From positions 180,432 to 244,431 of the forward strand of contig JANYHT010000017.1 in NCBI GenBank assembly GCA_025358925.1: 64,000 nucleotides of DNA. The letters are read 5' to 3'. The notes under the pieces are model-generated. The model was not told the DNA's origin. It did no database searches and was given only the letters and a program-made list of their open reading frames with translations. This DNA is from Gemmatimonadaceae bacterium. GTDB taxonomy: Bacteria > Gemmatimonadota > Gemmatimonadetes > Gemmatimonadales > Gemmatimonadaceae. A program made the translations under genes and the position numbers. Shown here one piece after another: positions 38,761-47,945 of this stretch (the stretch's first letter is position 1; every line of letters starts with the position of its first letter).

Positions 38761-39636
38761 ATGACCGATCCAACGCCGACGCCGCAGCGACCTTCGATAC
38801 CGCCGACACTCCGACGCGCAGTCGATGGGCGTGAGCGTGTGATCCTCACCGTGTCGGGCTTTGGACTAGTCCTCGCGGGTGTGGCGTTGCTTACGCTACC
38901 GCCTCCGGATGCTCGTGGAAACGCCTCCTCCACGATGGTTGCCGTGTTGCCAGCACCTGCGCCGGTGGTGCCGCCGACCGTGACGGTGCCTGTCGCGCAG
39001 CCAGTGATAGTGCCAGTACCACAGCCATCTGCGCCGCCAGTGACGGTCGAGAAACCGGTACCGAAGCCGTCGCCGAAACTGTTGCCGAAATCACCAGAAA
39101 AAGTTCAATTAAAAAAGATCGAGAAGCCGACTGCGAAGGTCGTAGCGAAAGTTGCAACTAAGCCACCGACGCCCGTTCGTGGTCGCGTATCATTGTGCGA
39201 GCAATACGTCACTGCCGAAGCGTGGCATGACGCGTTCGCCTCGTGCACCGATGAGGCGCAAAACGGCAATGTGCCAGCGCAACGCCGATTGGCCATGATG
39301 TATCTCGACGGCCGTGGCACTGGTCGCGACGAATCACGCGCCGCGCGATGGTTTACTGATGCGGCCACGGCGGGCGACGTAGAGTCCATGTATCAACTCG
39401 CGGTATCGTACGAACGCGGACGTGGGATCAAGAAAGATCGTGATGCAGCGCTGCGATTCTACACGCAGGCTGCAGACGGTGGGTACGCCGCCGCGCAGTA
39501 TGCTGTCGGTGAGGCGTACGAGCACGGACGACTCGGAGCATCGAGGAATAAGAGCACGGCGATCGAGTGGTATCGAAAAGCAGCGGCGCAAAACTTTCGT
39601 GATGCCGCAGACAAAGTGCGCGGACTCTCGCGTTGA
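38761..39636 (+). CDS. Membrane-anchored Sel1-like repeat protein with Pro/Lys-rich linker
   Basis: AQRRLAMMYLDGRG, SMYQLAVSYERGRG, AQYAVGEAYEHG..WYRKAAAQ. Confidence 0.9.
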   Translation: MTDPTPTPQRPSIPPTLRRAVDGRERVILTVSGFGLVLAGVALLTLPPPDARGNASSTMVAVLPAPAPVVPPTVTVPVAQPVIVPVPQPSAPPVTVEKPVPKPSPKLLPKSPEKVQLKKIEKPTAKVVAKVATKPPTPVRGRVSLCEQYVTAEAWHDAFASCTDEAQNGNVPAQRRLAMMYLDGRGTGRDESRAARWFTDAATAGDVESMYQLAVSYERGRGIKKDRDAALRFYTQAADGGYAAAQYAVGEAYEHGRLGASRNKSTAIEWYRKAAAQNFRDAADKVRGLSR

Positions 39637-40469
39637 AGCACTCGACGCCACGCGCCTTTCCGCAGAGCGTGACTGCGGCCGCGATCGCAGGATGGATGGG
39701 CGGGTCGGTTGCGTGGGGCATAAGCAGCCGGTGGATGGACGCAACGTCATATCTGCGCACGAATGGCCGACTCGACCAACTCGTCGCACTGTTGTTGGGT
39801 GCAACTGCGGGTGCGTTTGTATTGGTGGTACGGGCGCGGCATCGACGCGAATCGCTCGTACCCGCACTCGGTGCCGGTGCGTTGCTCGGCGGTATTCCTG
39901 CGTTAATTGGTGCGACAATCTGCGTGTGGTTGCTCAGCGCTGATAGCGCCGGTCGCTTTGTTCTGATGCGAATGATCGCATGGGCGTTCAGTACCGCGCT
40001 TGCCGCGATGGGCCTGTCGCGTTTTACGCGCACGCCCACAACGCGTATCACGCTAGAGAGTCTCGCACTTGGCGCACTCGGCGGCGCGATCGCCGGTGCG
40101 ATATACAGCTTGCCAGGGCCGTCGGAGTTGTGGTTACCTGTTGCGATGGCGTGGACAGGTGCGGCCATTGGTGTCGCAGGCACCGGTCCACTGCTATGGT
40201 GCGCTGCTGTTACGGTGCATGTGTTGCCGCCGCGCGATGAACGGCGCACGATGTGGTCGCTGCACGAACGCGCCGTCGAGCGCGGGACATCGATGAAGTT
40301 GTCGGATGCGCAGGTCGCGTGCGTTGGTGATGTGGTGTATGTGTATCCGCCGCCGGGCGGGGCGGTGCTTGACGGATATCCACTATATCGCGCGGTGCCG
40401 CTCCAACGGGACGCGCTGTTGGCCGTTGGGCGTGCACGTTTTCGTCTTACGCTGGGGAAGCGCGGATGA
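39633..40469 (+). CDS. Multi-TM membrane protein with degenerate C-terminal FHA-like domain
   Basis: About 6 Gly/Ala-rich TM helices, then AVLDGYPLYRAVPLQRDALLAVGRARFRL, resembling the last FHA strands. Confidence 0.55.
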   Translation: MKHSTPRAFPQSVTAAAIAGWMGGSVAWGISSRWMDATSYLRTNGRLDQLVALLLGATAGAFVLVVRARHRRESLVPALGAGALLGGIPALIGATICVWLLSADSAGRFVLMRMIAWAFSTALAAMGLSRFTRTPTTRITLESLALGALGGAIAGAIYSLPGPSELWLPVAMAWTGAAIGVAGTGPLLWCAAVTVHVLPPRDERRTMWSLHERAVERGTSMKLSDAQVACVGDVVYVYPPPGGAVLDGYPLYRAVPLQRDALLAVGRARFRLTLGKRG

Positions 40470-41098
40470 ACGTTTTGCGGTATCGCGCGATGACGCGGTT
40501 GTTTGCGTCGATCGGCATCGTTGTTGCAAGTCAGCTTCGCGCGCAATCACCAACAGTGCCATTGCGGCTTGTGCGATGTGGACCGCAGTTGCGAGCGGCA
40601 TGTTTGTCGGCGCGATTTGTTATGAACGACGGCGTGCAAACGGCGGTGTTTGGCGTGCCAACGCTCCCGCTGTCCTCACTCGCGCGCGCGCCGTTGCAGC
40701 GCATACTCGCGGTGCAACGTGGCAGTGCCACCGTCGCGCGCCTGAATGTGTCGTGGCAGCCGCCATTGTTCGGCGCACCCCTAGCCTTCGGCGTGGCCGA
40801 CTCGCTCACCATGTCCGTGGCATTGCGGGAAGCGCTCGCGACCGGTGTGGATCCTGCCGGCGTGCGCTCGGTAATCGCGCTGCTCCTCGCGATTGTCAGC
40901 CTGCTCTTATTCGTGGGCGTTCCCCGCGTGCTGTGGTTCGAGCAACGCGAAACGGAAGACGATTTGGCACGGCAGCTCGCGGCAGCGCGCGCCGTGTTGT
41001 CGACGCAAGAGTTAGAGCAATGGCGCGGAAAACCTCCGCAGGATGGCAGTCCGCGACATCCGGAAGAGCCCACGCGGGAATCGGGGCGGTCTTCGTGA
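40466..41098 (+). CDS. Hypothetical secreted/membrane protein
   Basis: ATGA/GTGA coupling on both sides. N-terminal signal and C-terminal TM helix. Confidence 0.55.
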   Translation: MNVLRYRAMTRLFASIGIVVASQLRAQSPTVPLRLVRCGPQLRAACLSARFVMNDGVQTAVFGVPTLPLSSLARAPLQRILAVQRGSATVARLNVSWQPPLFGAPLAFGVADSLTMSVALREALATGVDPAGVRSVIALLLAIVSLLLFVGVPRVLWFEQRETEDDLARQLAAARAVLSTQELEQWRGKPPQDGSPRHPEEPTRESGRSS

Positions 41099-42048
41099 GC
41101 TGCGCTCAAGTGCAGAACGCGCTATTCGCGCTGTGCGCTGCGCTTGTGCTGCCGCAGGCGGCGCGCGCGCAGGCAGTGTCGGCGGTACCGCGCGCAACTG
41201 CGGAAGCGAAACAAGCGCAAGATCGCGCGACGCTCATGCGCTATTGCGATCGCATTGACTCTGTGTCAGCGTCAACATTGCAAGGCATCCGTGATCGTAG
41301 CGACTGTTGGAAGCGCATTCAATTGGAAGGGCTGGGGAGCGCGCTGGTTGAAGAACGGTATCAATCGGCAGTACGTGCGTACGACAGCATGGTGCAGGTC
41401 GATTCGTTCAAGCGTGCCGTCGTCGCACGTGAAGCGCGCGTCGATCAAGAGTTGCTTGCGGTGCAACAGTTTATCATCGCGCGCGACTTGGACGCGGCCA
41501 TGAGTGCGGTGAACAGCGTCTTAAGCGTGCAGTCGCAAAATCCGCGCGCGCAGGCGTTTCGAGAGCGCATCTTTGCATTGCGCCAGGCGCAACAGTTGCG
41601 TGTTGCCGTATACGTCGCCTCCGGATTGGTGCTGCTTACGGCGCTCATTTTGGTGCTGTCGGCATGGTTCGTGGCGCTACGACAATCGCGTGCAAATCGT
41701 GCCGAGCGTGAGAAGGCAGCGCTGCGGAGGGCAATGGTGAAAATTACGGATGGTATTGGACGCGGAAAAATGTATACGATTGATGGCGCGTTGTTTCGTA
41801 TTGGGTCGGCGCTCTCCGATCGGCCGGAGGAGAAAAATGACTTGGTGCTCAGTGACGAGACGGCGTACGTGTCTCGGTATCACTGTGCGATTTTGCGGAA
41901 AGATGGGAACTATTATCTGATTGATTCGTCGCTCAATGGCACGTACCTCAATGAGGATATGGTGGATCGCGGTGAACCGTATTTGATCGAAGACGGGGAT
42001 GAACTTTCGGTGGCAGGGATGGCTCGACTCAAATTCTTGCTGGTTTGA
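41095..42048 (+). CDS. Signal peptide + TPR-like helical domain + TM + cytoplasmic FHA domain
   Basis: GTG start overlaps the previous TGA. FRIGS...NDLVL..VSRYHC..YYLIDSSLNGTYLN...IEDGDELSV. Confidence 0.85.
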   Translation: MSCAQVQNALFALCAALVLPQAARAQAVSAVPRATAEAKQAQDRATLMRYCDRIDSVSASTLQGIRDRSDCWKRIQLEGLGSALVEERYQSAVRAYDSMVQVDSFKRAVVAREARVDQELLAVQQFIIARDLDAAMSAVNSVLSVQSQNPRAQAFRERIFALRQAQQLRVAVYVASGLVLLTALILVLSAWFVALRQSRANRAEREKAALRRAMVKITDGIGRGKMYTIDGALFRIGSALSDRPEEKNDLVLSDETAYVSRYHCAILRKDGNYYLIDSSLNGTYLNEDMVDRGEPYLIEDGDELSVAGMARLKFLLV

Positions 42049-43205
42049 GTGCGAAACGGGAGCGCGCCGATGGTCCATCGATCGCGGCGGTCAGCAAATC
42101 GATCAATGTGTAAATGCAGGCCAGTGCCTGCGCGGTCAGATAGACCCGCATTGATCGCGGCGTGCACTTGGCGCTGCAATATGGAATCCTGCGAAAAATC
42201 TTTGACACGAATCCCGTACGTGTGACATTGGGTCACCACAAACGCGACCTGTTCGTTGGTCATGATCTTACTGCGCAAGTCTAAGGCGCCACCTGGTCCG
42301 TATAGCGCGAGATGCTCGGGATGATCGCGCCCAACGACAATGATGTTGGTGTGATACCGCAATCGAAACGCAGCGGAGACCAAATCAAACGTGTACGCAA
42401 ACTGTTCACGCGTGAGCGATGCTGCGCGCATTTGATCGGCGCTCGTGCCGGCGCGCGCATTGACGTATGCGTCAGGCACGGCTAAACGATGCGATCGATA
42501 GATCGTCGCTACCGAATTCTCGAGCGCGGCGATACGCGGTTTGACCTGCGGGTGATTGCGCAGTGGGCTCAGGGCCAGCGTATTGATGCCACGCGCAAAT
42601 TCTTGCGCGGCTTCGTCGGCAATGCCGAGTTCCAACAATGAATTGGCGCGTTCAAGATGATCGTACGCGACAATAAGGAGTGAGTCGAGGCGAGCGGCCT
42701 GTTGATCTGAGAGTACTGAAAGTGCACTGTCGGAAGTGCGCGGTCCGTACCGTATGACGGCGTACGCCGCGCCGAACAGCACGCAGGCGACCCCGAACAT
42801 CGAGAGCGCTTTCCACGCAAACGGACGGTCGGGCTTTTTGAAGTCGACGTTGCGTCGACGGCGTGGTGGCGCGGGCACGGCTGACTGCAACGGCAGCTCG
42901 CGCGTTCGTGTCTCGCCACTGACAAATTCCCAACGGTGTTGCGGTGTGAGTTCAATAACGTCGCGGTCAAACAACCGCGTCGGACCGGACACCAGCATCC
43001 CGTTCACGCGCAGCGCTGCGACGCCATCGGCGATGAACCATCGGCCATCGGCCTGTTCAAGCACTACGTGGCGAGCGGCAATGCCATCGCCTTCGAGGTA
43101 TGCGTCGCAGGATGCATCGCTGCCCATCACGAGACGCGCGCGCCCCGTGATGGAGATCGCGTCTCCTTCAGTGGGGATCACCGGCCTGAGCGATGCGGAA
43201 ACCAT
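41913..43205 (-). CDS. Degenerate FHA + TM + C-terminal M15/Hedgehog-like (LAS) metallopeptidase-like domain
   Basis: N-terminus VMGSDASCDAYL..IAARHVVL..LRVNG..LFDRDVIEL. C-terminus DHPEH....GGALDLRS...LHLHID. Confidence 0.6.
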   Translation of the reverse strand: MVSASLRPVIPTEGDAISITGRARLVMGSDASCDAYLEGDGIAARHVVLEQADGRWFIADGVAALRVNGMLVSGPTRLFDRDVIELTPQHRWEFVSGETRTRELPLQSAVPAPPRRRRNVDFKKPDRPFAWKALSMFGVACVLFGAAYAVIRYGPRTSDSALSVLSDQQAARLDSLLIVAYDHLERANSLLELGIADEAAQEFARGINTLALSPLRNHPQVKPRIAALENSVATIYRSHRLAVPDAYVNARAGTSADQMRAASLTREQFAYTFDLVSAAFRLRYHTNIIVVGRDHPEHLALYGPGGALDLRSKIMTNEQVAFVVTQCHTYGIRVKDFSQDSILQRQVHAAINAGLSDRAGTGLHLHIDRFADRRDRWTIGALPFRTQTSKNLSRAIPATESSSPSSIKYGSPRSTISSLRYVPLSDESIR

Positions 43206-43529
43206 GCCGCGAAGATGCCTGTTGGTGTAGGTCGATGGCAACGACGCAACGTGAACACCGCGCAGCCTCGCTAACCTACCACCGCTATGAGCACTGCCTC
43301 TCGACCATTGGCTCGCGGTGCCACGCGGCTACTCGCGCCCACGGCGTTGCCGTATGTCACCTGTGGCGTACTCGCGGTGCTTCTCGGCAGGTACGGGTGG
43401 CGCGCCGTGAGCCCACCATGACTTAGGCGATAACGGTCTGGACTGCCGCAATGCCGAGAAAAATTTCCGAAAACGGCAATACACGGTGACACGACATTGA
43501 CGAGGGCATCATGCGCAACCGACCTCGTG

Positions 43530-44180
43530 CGTGCATGACCTCCCGCCGTCGCGACGGTCGATGCGACAACGGGTTCAATAACCGCTGTCGGCGCGGGTGC
43601 AGCACAAATCGTGGCGACTTCGGCTGGCATCGACATTTCCGCCGAGCGCAACAACGCCAGTCATTCGGTGGGTCGAAACAGAGTGCTGCGCTATGATCCG
43701 TCGCAAAGTGGTACATCGTTAGTGCGACGAAGGAATGGAACCTGACCGCTGACTTACCGGTAACCGGTGCGAATCTTGGTGCCGAAGCCATCGCGTGGAT
43801 TCCCGACCGTGTGCTCGTTGCAAAGAAACTCGTCGAATCGTATCGCCACAATTGCCACCGGCTATCCGACGGGTGTGATGAATCTCAAATTCGACCGTGC
43901 GACCAATTATCTGCGGGCAGAGTGCGATGATGGTTGCGGTGGATTGCCGGGCATTCTTGAGATTGATTTGAATGCTGCGTCGGTCACGCTTGGAAGGTTC
44001 TTACCGTTGCGTCGATTTGCGCGACCCACATCGATGCCGAACATCAACAATGAAGGTTTCGCGTTATGCACGCAGGCGGAATGTGTGAATGGACTCAAGC
44101 CAGTGTTTCTGGGCGGATGACAGTGAGACTGGTGGACACTCCATACGCCGAACGTCGATTCGGCGTGGCCCGACTGCACC
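43530..44180 (+). pseudogene. Remnant of a large secreted protein (Big_2 + lamin-tail/SdiA-regulated-like propeller)
   Basis: Fragments in shifting frames: PAVATVDATTGSITAVGAG, ERNNAS..VLRYDP, EWNLTADLP.TGANLGAEAIAWIPD, NINNEGFA, FWADDSETGGHSIRR. Confidence 0.6.
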
Positions 44181-44420
44181 GGCGCTACCGCGCGTGTTGG
44201 AGCGGCGGTACGACCGAGGTAGTGCCGCCTCGCACCACAACAACCAAATGCGTTTTAACGGTTTGCTGCCTTCGCGAATTAAACAGACACTCGATGCGAA
44301 CGTATTGCGTCGACGTTCGCCACTTGAACCTTCTCATGGCGCGAATTGAACGATCGGCGGTCGTCAAGAAACGGCGTTATCTTTCCTGAACTCAACACCC
44401 TCACCTTCCCCGGAGCACAC

Positions 44421-45008
44421 ATGAACATGTACCGTCTGGCGATCGCCACATTTGCTCTGCCGGCCGCGCTCGTCGCGCAACAACCGTCGGCGGCGGCTCA
44501 GGCTAATCCGATTACGGCCGCATTTCGGTCGCGCATTTTCGCATCGCACCGCAACATCGCCCAAGCGTTCGATTCTATTCCCGCATCCAAGTTCGACTAC
44601 AAGCCAACGCCCAAGCAACTCACCGTCGGCTACATCGCGCAACATGTTGCTACCGACAGCTACCTGTTCTGCAACAACTTTGGCGCGATGAAGGCCACGC
44701 TGCCGGATAAGGACACCGCCACGCCGGACTCGGTGAAAGCGAAATGGCCCAAAGACGAATTGGTATCGAAACTCAAAGCGTCGTTTGCGTTCTGCGCGCA
44801 GGCGTTTGATCAACTCGAAGATGCGAAGCTCGCCGACCAAATCACGATGACGTTCAACGGCACATCACGGCCGACCACGCGGATCAACATGGTGCTTGGT
44901 CACGCGCTTGATCTGGCGGACCACTACAGCCAGCTGGCGAACTACATGCGACTCAATAACCTCATTCCGCCCTCAGCATTGCCAAGACCAGCACGCCCGA
45001 GCAACTAG
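44421..45008 (+). CDS. DinB-family protein, secreted
   Basis: IPASKFDYKPTP..TVGYIAQHVA, HYSQLANYMRLNNLIPPS. Confidence 0.85.
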   Translation: MNMYRLAIATFALPAALVAQQPSAAAQANPITAAFRSRIFASHRNIAQAFDSIPASKFDYKPTPKQLTVGYIAQHVATDSYLFCNNFGAMKATLPDKDTATPDSVKAKWPKDELVSKLKASFAFCAQAFDQLEDAKLADQITMTFNGTSRPTTRINMVLGHALDLADHYSQLANYMRLNNLIPPSALPRPARPSN

Positions 45009-45034
45009 AGCTCCGTCGTCTTAGTTTAACACCG

Positions 45035-45066
45035 AACGCCCGTCGAGCTCATATCGACGGGCGTTT
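45035..45066. terminator. Intrinsic terminator hairpin, probably bidirectional
   Basis: Perfect 12 bp stem aacgcccgtcga/tcgacgggcgtt between convergent genes. Confidence 0.8.
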
Positions 45067-45103
45067 GAGAGATGGCTGACGCACCTCCGAACGCGCGAAA
45101 CAC

Positions 45104-45682
45104 CTACGCGCCGTTGTCAATCTGCCATATGCGCTGCTGCGCCAAATTCCAGTCTACACTCGGCGCGACGCCCTGATCATCGAGCTCGAGCGATGCCTGC
45201 GCCCGCGCAAGCACCGGCGCACCAAGCTCGCGTGGCAACGACAATCCGAATGTGACCTCCGCTCGGCGACACAGCCGCTCCTCGTGCGCCATATCGCGAT
45301 CCATACGTCCGCCAAGCACCCGCTCTGTAAATGCGTGCACACGCGCATGCACACCCTCGTGCAAAATACTTGACGCCACCGGTGCCGCTGAAATGTCACG
45401 TCGCGCGAGGAACGTGAGTTCGGTGATAATCACGCCTTCGCTGGGCATAAACGCGCCGCGACAGGCATAACGCTCTACACGAATTGCGCGCACGTCTCGC
45501 TGCAAGTGCGCGAAGCGAATGGGCTGGTAATGCGCGATCATCGCCAGTGATTCGCCGAGGCGTTCGAGTACGCTATCGGTGTCGATATCTCTGCGGGTGT
45601 TCTGAACATCGACGTGAATGCCGAACAGTTGTAGCGACGGCGACTGCGCGGAACCAAGCAGTCGAGAGAGCCAGGAAGTCAT
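45104..45682 (-). CDS. Hypothetical protein with HExxH zincin motif
   Basis: ASSILHEGVHARV followed by HEERLC. Confidence 0.65.
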   Translation of the reverse strand: MTSWLSRLLGSAQSPSLQLFGIHVDVQNTRRDIDTDSVLERLGESLAMIAHYQPIRFAHLQRDVRAIRVERYACRGAFMPSEGVIITELTFLARRDISAAPVASSILHEGVHARVHAFTERVLGGRMDRDMAHEERLCRRAEVTFGLSLPRELGAPVLARAQASLELDDQGVAPSVDWNLAQQRIWQIDNGA

Positions 45683-45735
45683 CGCTGATATCAGCGATAC
45701 CCGCGCGTGAATTGCAAGTGCTGGCGCGGCCGCGT

Positions 45736-46182
45736 CTAGCGCTTGGTGACGCGAAACGTTGCGCGGTAGTTCGCCATCGGAATCGAATCGGTCGTGCGCT
45801 TACCCGGCGCCACAGCGACCAACTGGATAACGTATCGGTCAACCGTGATCATATCTTTCAATGGTTGCGTTTCGATCACAACATCTTGCCTGCCGTCAGT
45901 CGTCTTCACCGACAGTCCAAGCTGGACGCTGCCAGCCCACACACACTGAATGGCCATGTCGGTAGGACACCGCGAGTCGCCGGAAACTTTCACAAATGTC
46001 AGCGCAATTGCACTTTGGTTGATCAGCGTCGATTCGTTTGGTGCGAGCGAGAACGTGCTGCCAAGCGCCACCGAGCCTGACGGTGCGGATGGCAAGCTGG
46101 GCACCTCTTTCGAGGAAGCGCTGCAAGCGAATAGCAGGGCGGCGCTAAAAAAAAGACGACTGCCACACTGATGCCGATGCAT
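45736..46182 (-). CDS. Small lipoprotein (DSRCP...CVWAG family)
   Basis: Lipobox LLFAC. DSRCPTDMAIQCVWAG. Confidence 0.75.
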   Translation of the reverse strand: MHRHQCGSRLFFSAALLFACSASSKEVPSLPSAPSGSVALGSTFSLAPNESTLINQSAIALTFVKVSGDSRCPTDMAIQCVWAGSVQLGLSVKTTDGRQDVVIETQPLKDMITVDRYVIQLVAVAPGKRTTDSIPMANYRATFRVTKR

Positions 46183-46269
46183 CGCACAGTTGACTTGTCT
46201 TAAAGTGAAAACTTGTGAGCGATGCCGCACCTAGACGCAGCATCGTCCACAAGTTCACCCCCCAATTCC

Positions 46270-46740
46270 GCCGGGAGCATATCGAAACCGTCGGTCGCCA
46301 ATACGCGGGAAGGATCTCCAGTTGGGATGTGGCCAATCAAATGATCGATGACGACACCGGCGTTCTGCGCCAAAGGTTTTGGATCACGATTGTCGACCCG
46401 ACGTCATCGACTCTGCGTCTGTGTGGGCACATCGCAAAAACCCCGTCGTAAAATTGTATATGTGCGATCACAGTGTTGCAGCGATCAATCGCAAATCCGA
46501 CGCGTTGCTCACTTGGCCAAGCGACTGCGCGCGTAAGGCATGCAGATCGACGGTATTGGTATTCAAGTCATTCTTTCGTTGACGCCCGCGACACCCGCGC
46601 AGTTAACGGCCAACTTAGCGCGCTTTGCCGATTAGTGATCGCGGATTCCGAGTGCGTTCGCTGGGTTTGGTCGCGCGATACCCTTCCATCTAGCAGTATG
46701 TGCCGAAACCGGTAGGCGCGACCGACTACCTTTCAAAATG
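46270..46740 (+). pseudogene. GH10 endo-1,4-beta-xylanase remnant
   Basis: HIETVGRQYAGRISSWDVANQ, SASVWAH..P..KLYM.D, IDGIGIQ, LTANLARFA, IPSAFAGFGRAIPF, YVPKP. Multiple frameshifts, stops and a deletion. Confidence 0.75.
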
Positions 46741-46814
46741 CTGGTCTATTGTGCGCGTACTCGTGTAGACAGAAATGCGGGTACGAACAACGTGACCTTT
46801 TTTAAGAGAGCAAT

Positions 46815-47789
46815 ATGAGCAATCGAATCTTGGCTGTATCCATGGCAATACTGACAACGCTCTCGGGCGTCTCTGCCTGTCACGATGTGGGTGCGTCGAT
46901 CGCGAAGGTGTCCGCGTCGGTAGAAAGTTTGGCGAGCCGTTTTACGGAGCAACGCAATCTCAACTTTGAGCAACCGGATACAGGGCTCTTAGTGCGAGCG
47001 TCTGGTCTCGCTATTGCAAGCGATGGTCGCATCGCTGTCGGTGACGCGTCGGAAGACAACGTCAAGATCTATGCGCCCAATGGTCGCCTTCAAAAAATTC
47101 TCGGCCGAAAAGGTGACTTGCCAAATGAATTCCGCGCTCCACGATGGTTGCGCTTTGGAAACGCTGGAAACTTATATGTCGTCGATGCGCAACTCGGGCG
47201 TGTCGAGATTTATGACTCTGGGCTCAATTACGTTCGCCAAATCGTGCTCACTAATCTCGGTACGTTGCACTCATTTGCACTTACAAAGGCCAATGAGTGG
47301 GTAATTCTAGCTTCCGTTACAAATACGAAAGCAGTAATTCACCTACTCGACTCGCTCGGAGCACCTACCCGATCCTTTCTACCCATACGCGACGTTCGCC
47401 CGGTTGGGACGACGTCCTCAGCGTGGTTCAACAGCCTCGCAGATTTTCGGTTTGCCATTCGTGGAGACACCGCGTTCGTCGTCAGTACCGTCACGGATTC
47501 GTTATGGTGGGTTGACCTGCATTCAGGTGCACTAGGCGCCTTGCATATTCCAATTCCAGGTTATCGGCCGATGCGAGAACCGCAACCGAGCGATCACATC
47601 CCGCGAACACCTGCGGCCTTGTTCCAACACCTCAAGCAATTCGATGCAGCGGCGGCGATCGTCAAATTGCCCACGCAGATCGTGATCAGTTTCGTGCGCG
47701 GTGTTTTGAATTTTGGCGATCCTCAAACACTCGCAATTTTTCACGATGACGCAACGTGGACCATGGTGCAGGACGCTGGTCCGTTGTGA
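46815..47789 (+). CDS. Secreted NHL/6-bladed propeller-like protein; natural C-terminus may be frameshifted to 47875
   Basis: GLAIASDGRIAVGD, ILGRKGDLPNEFRAPRWL..GNLYVVD. An alternative frame continues SVANESLVTLKVTDQAPTGLRFFE. Confidence 0.65.
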   Translation: MSNRILAVSMAILTTLSGVSACHDVGASIAKVSASVESLASRFTEQRNLNFEQPDTGLLVRASGLAIASDGRIAVGDASEDNVKIYAPNGRLQKILGRKGDLPNEFRAPRWLRFGNAGNLYVVDAQLGRVEIYDSGLNYVRQIVLTNLGTLHSFALTKANEWVILASVTNTKAVIHLLDSLGAPTRSFLPIRDVRPVGTTSSAWFNSLADFRFAIRGDTAFVVSTVTDSLWWVDLHSGALGALHIPIPGYRPMREPQPSDHIPRTPAALFQHLKQFDAAAAIVKLPTQIVISFVRGVLNFGDPQTLAIFHDDATWTMVQDAGPL

Positions 47790-47945
47790 GTGTTGCCAAC
47801 GAGTCACTTGTCACGCTCAAAGTGACGGATCAGGCTCCGACGGGTTTGCGGTTTTTCGAGGAGAGACGTCGGTGAAGCGTATGGAGGCTACCTCACGCAT
47901 GCGGATCTCGGACTTCCATCATCGGTCTGATCTGAAGTACGTGCC

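Noticed and set aside
39428-41094. ORF 39428-40546 (-) and the N-terminal 263 aa of ORF 40306-42048
   Set aside because: They overlap better-supported coupled genes. The FHA gene most plausibly starts at GTG 41095.
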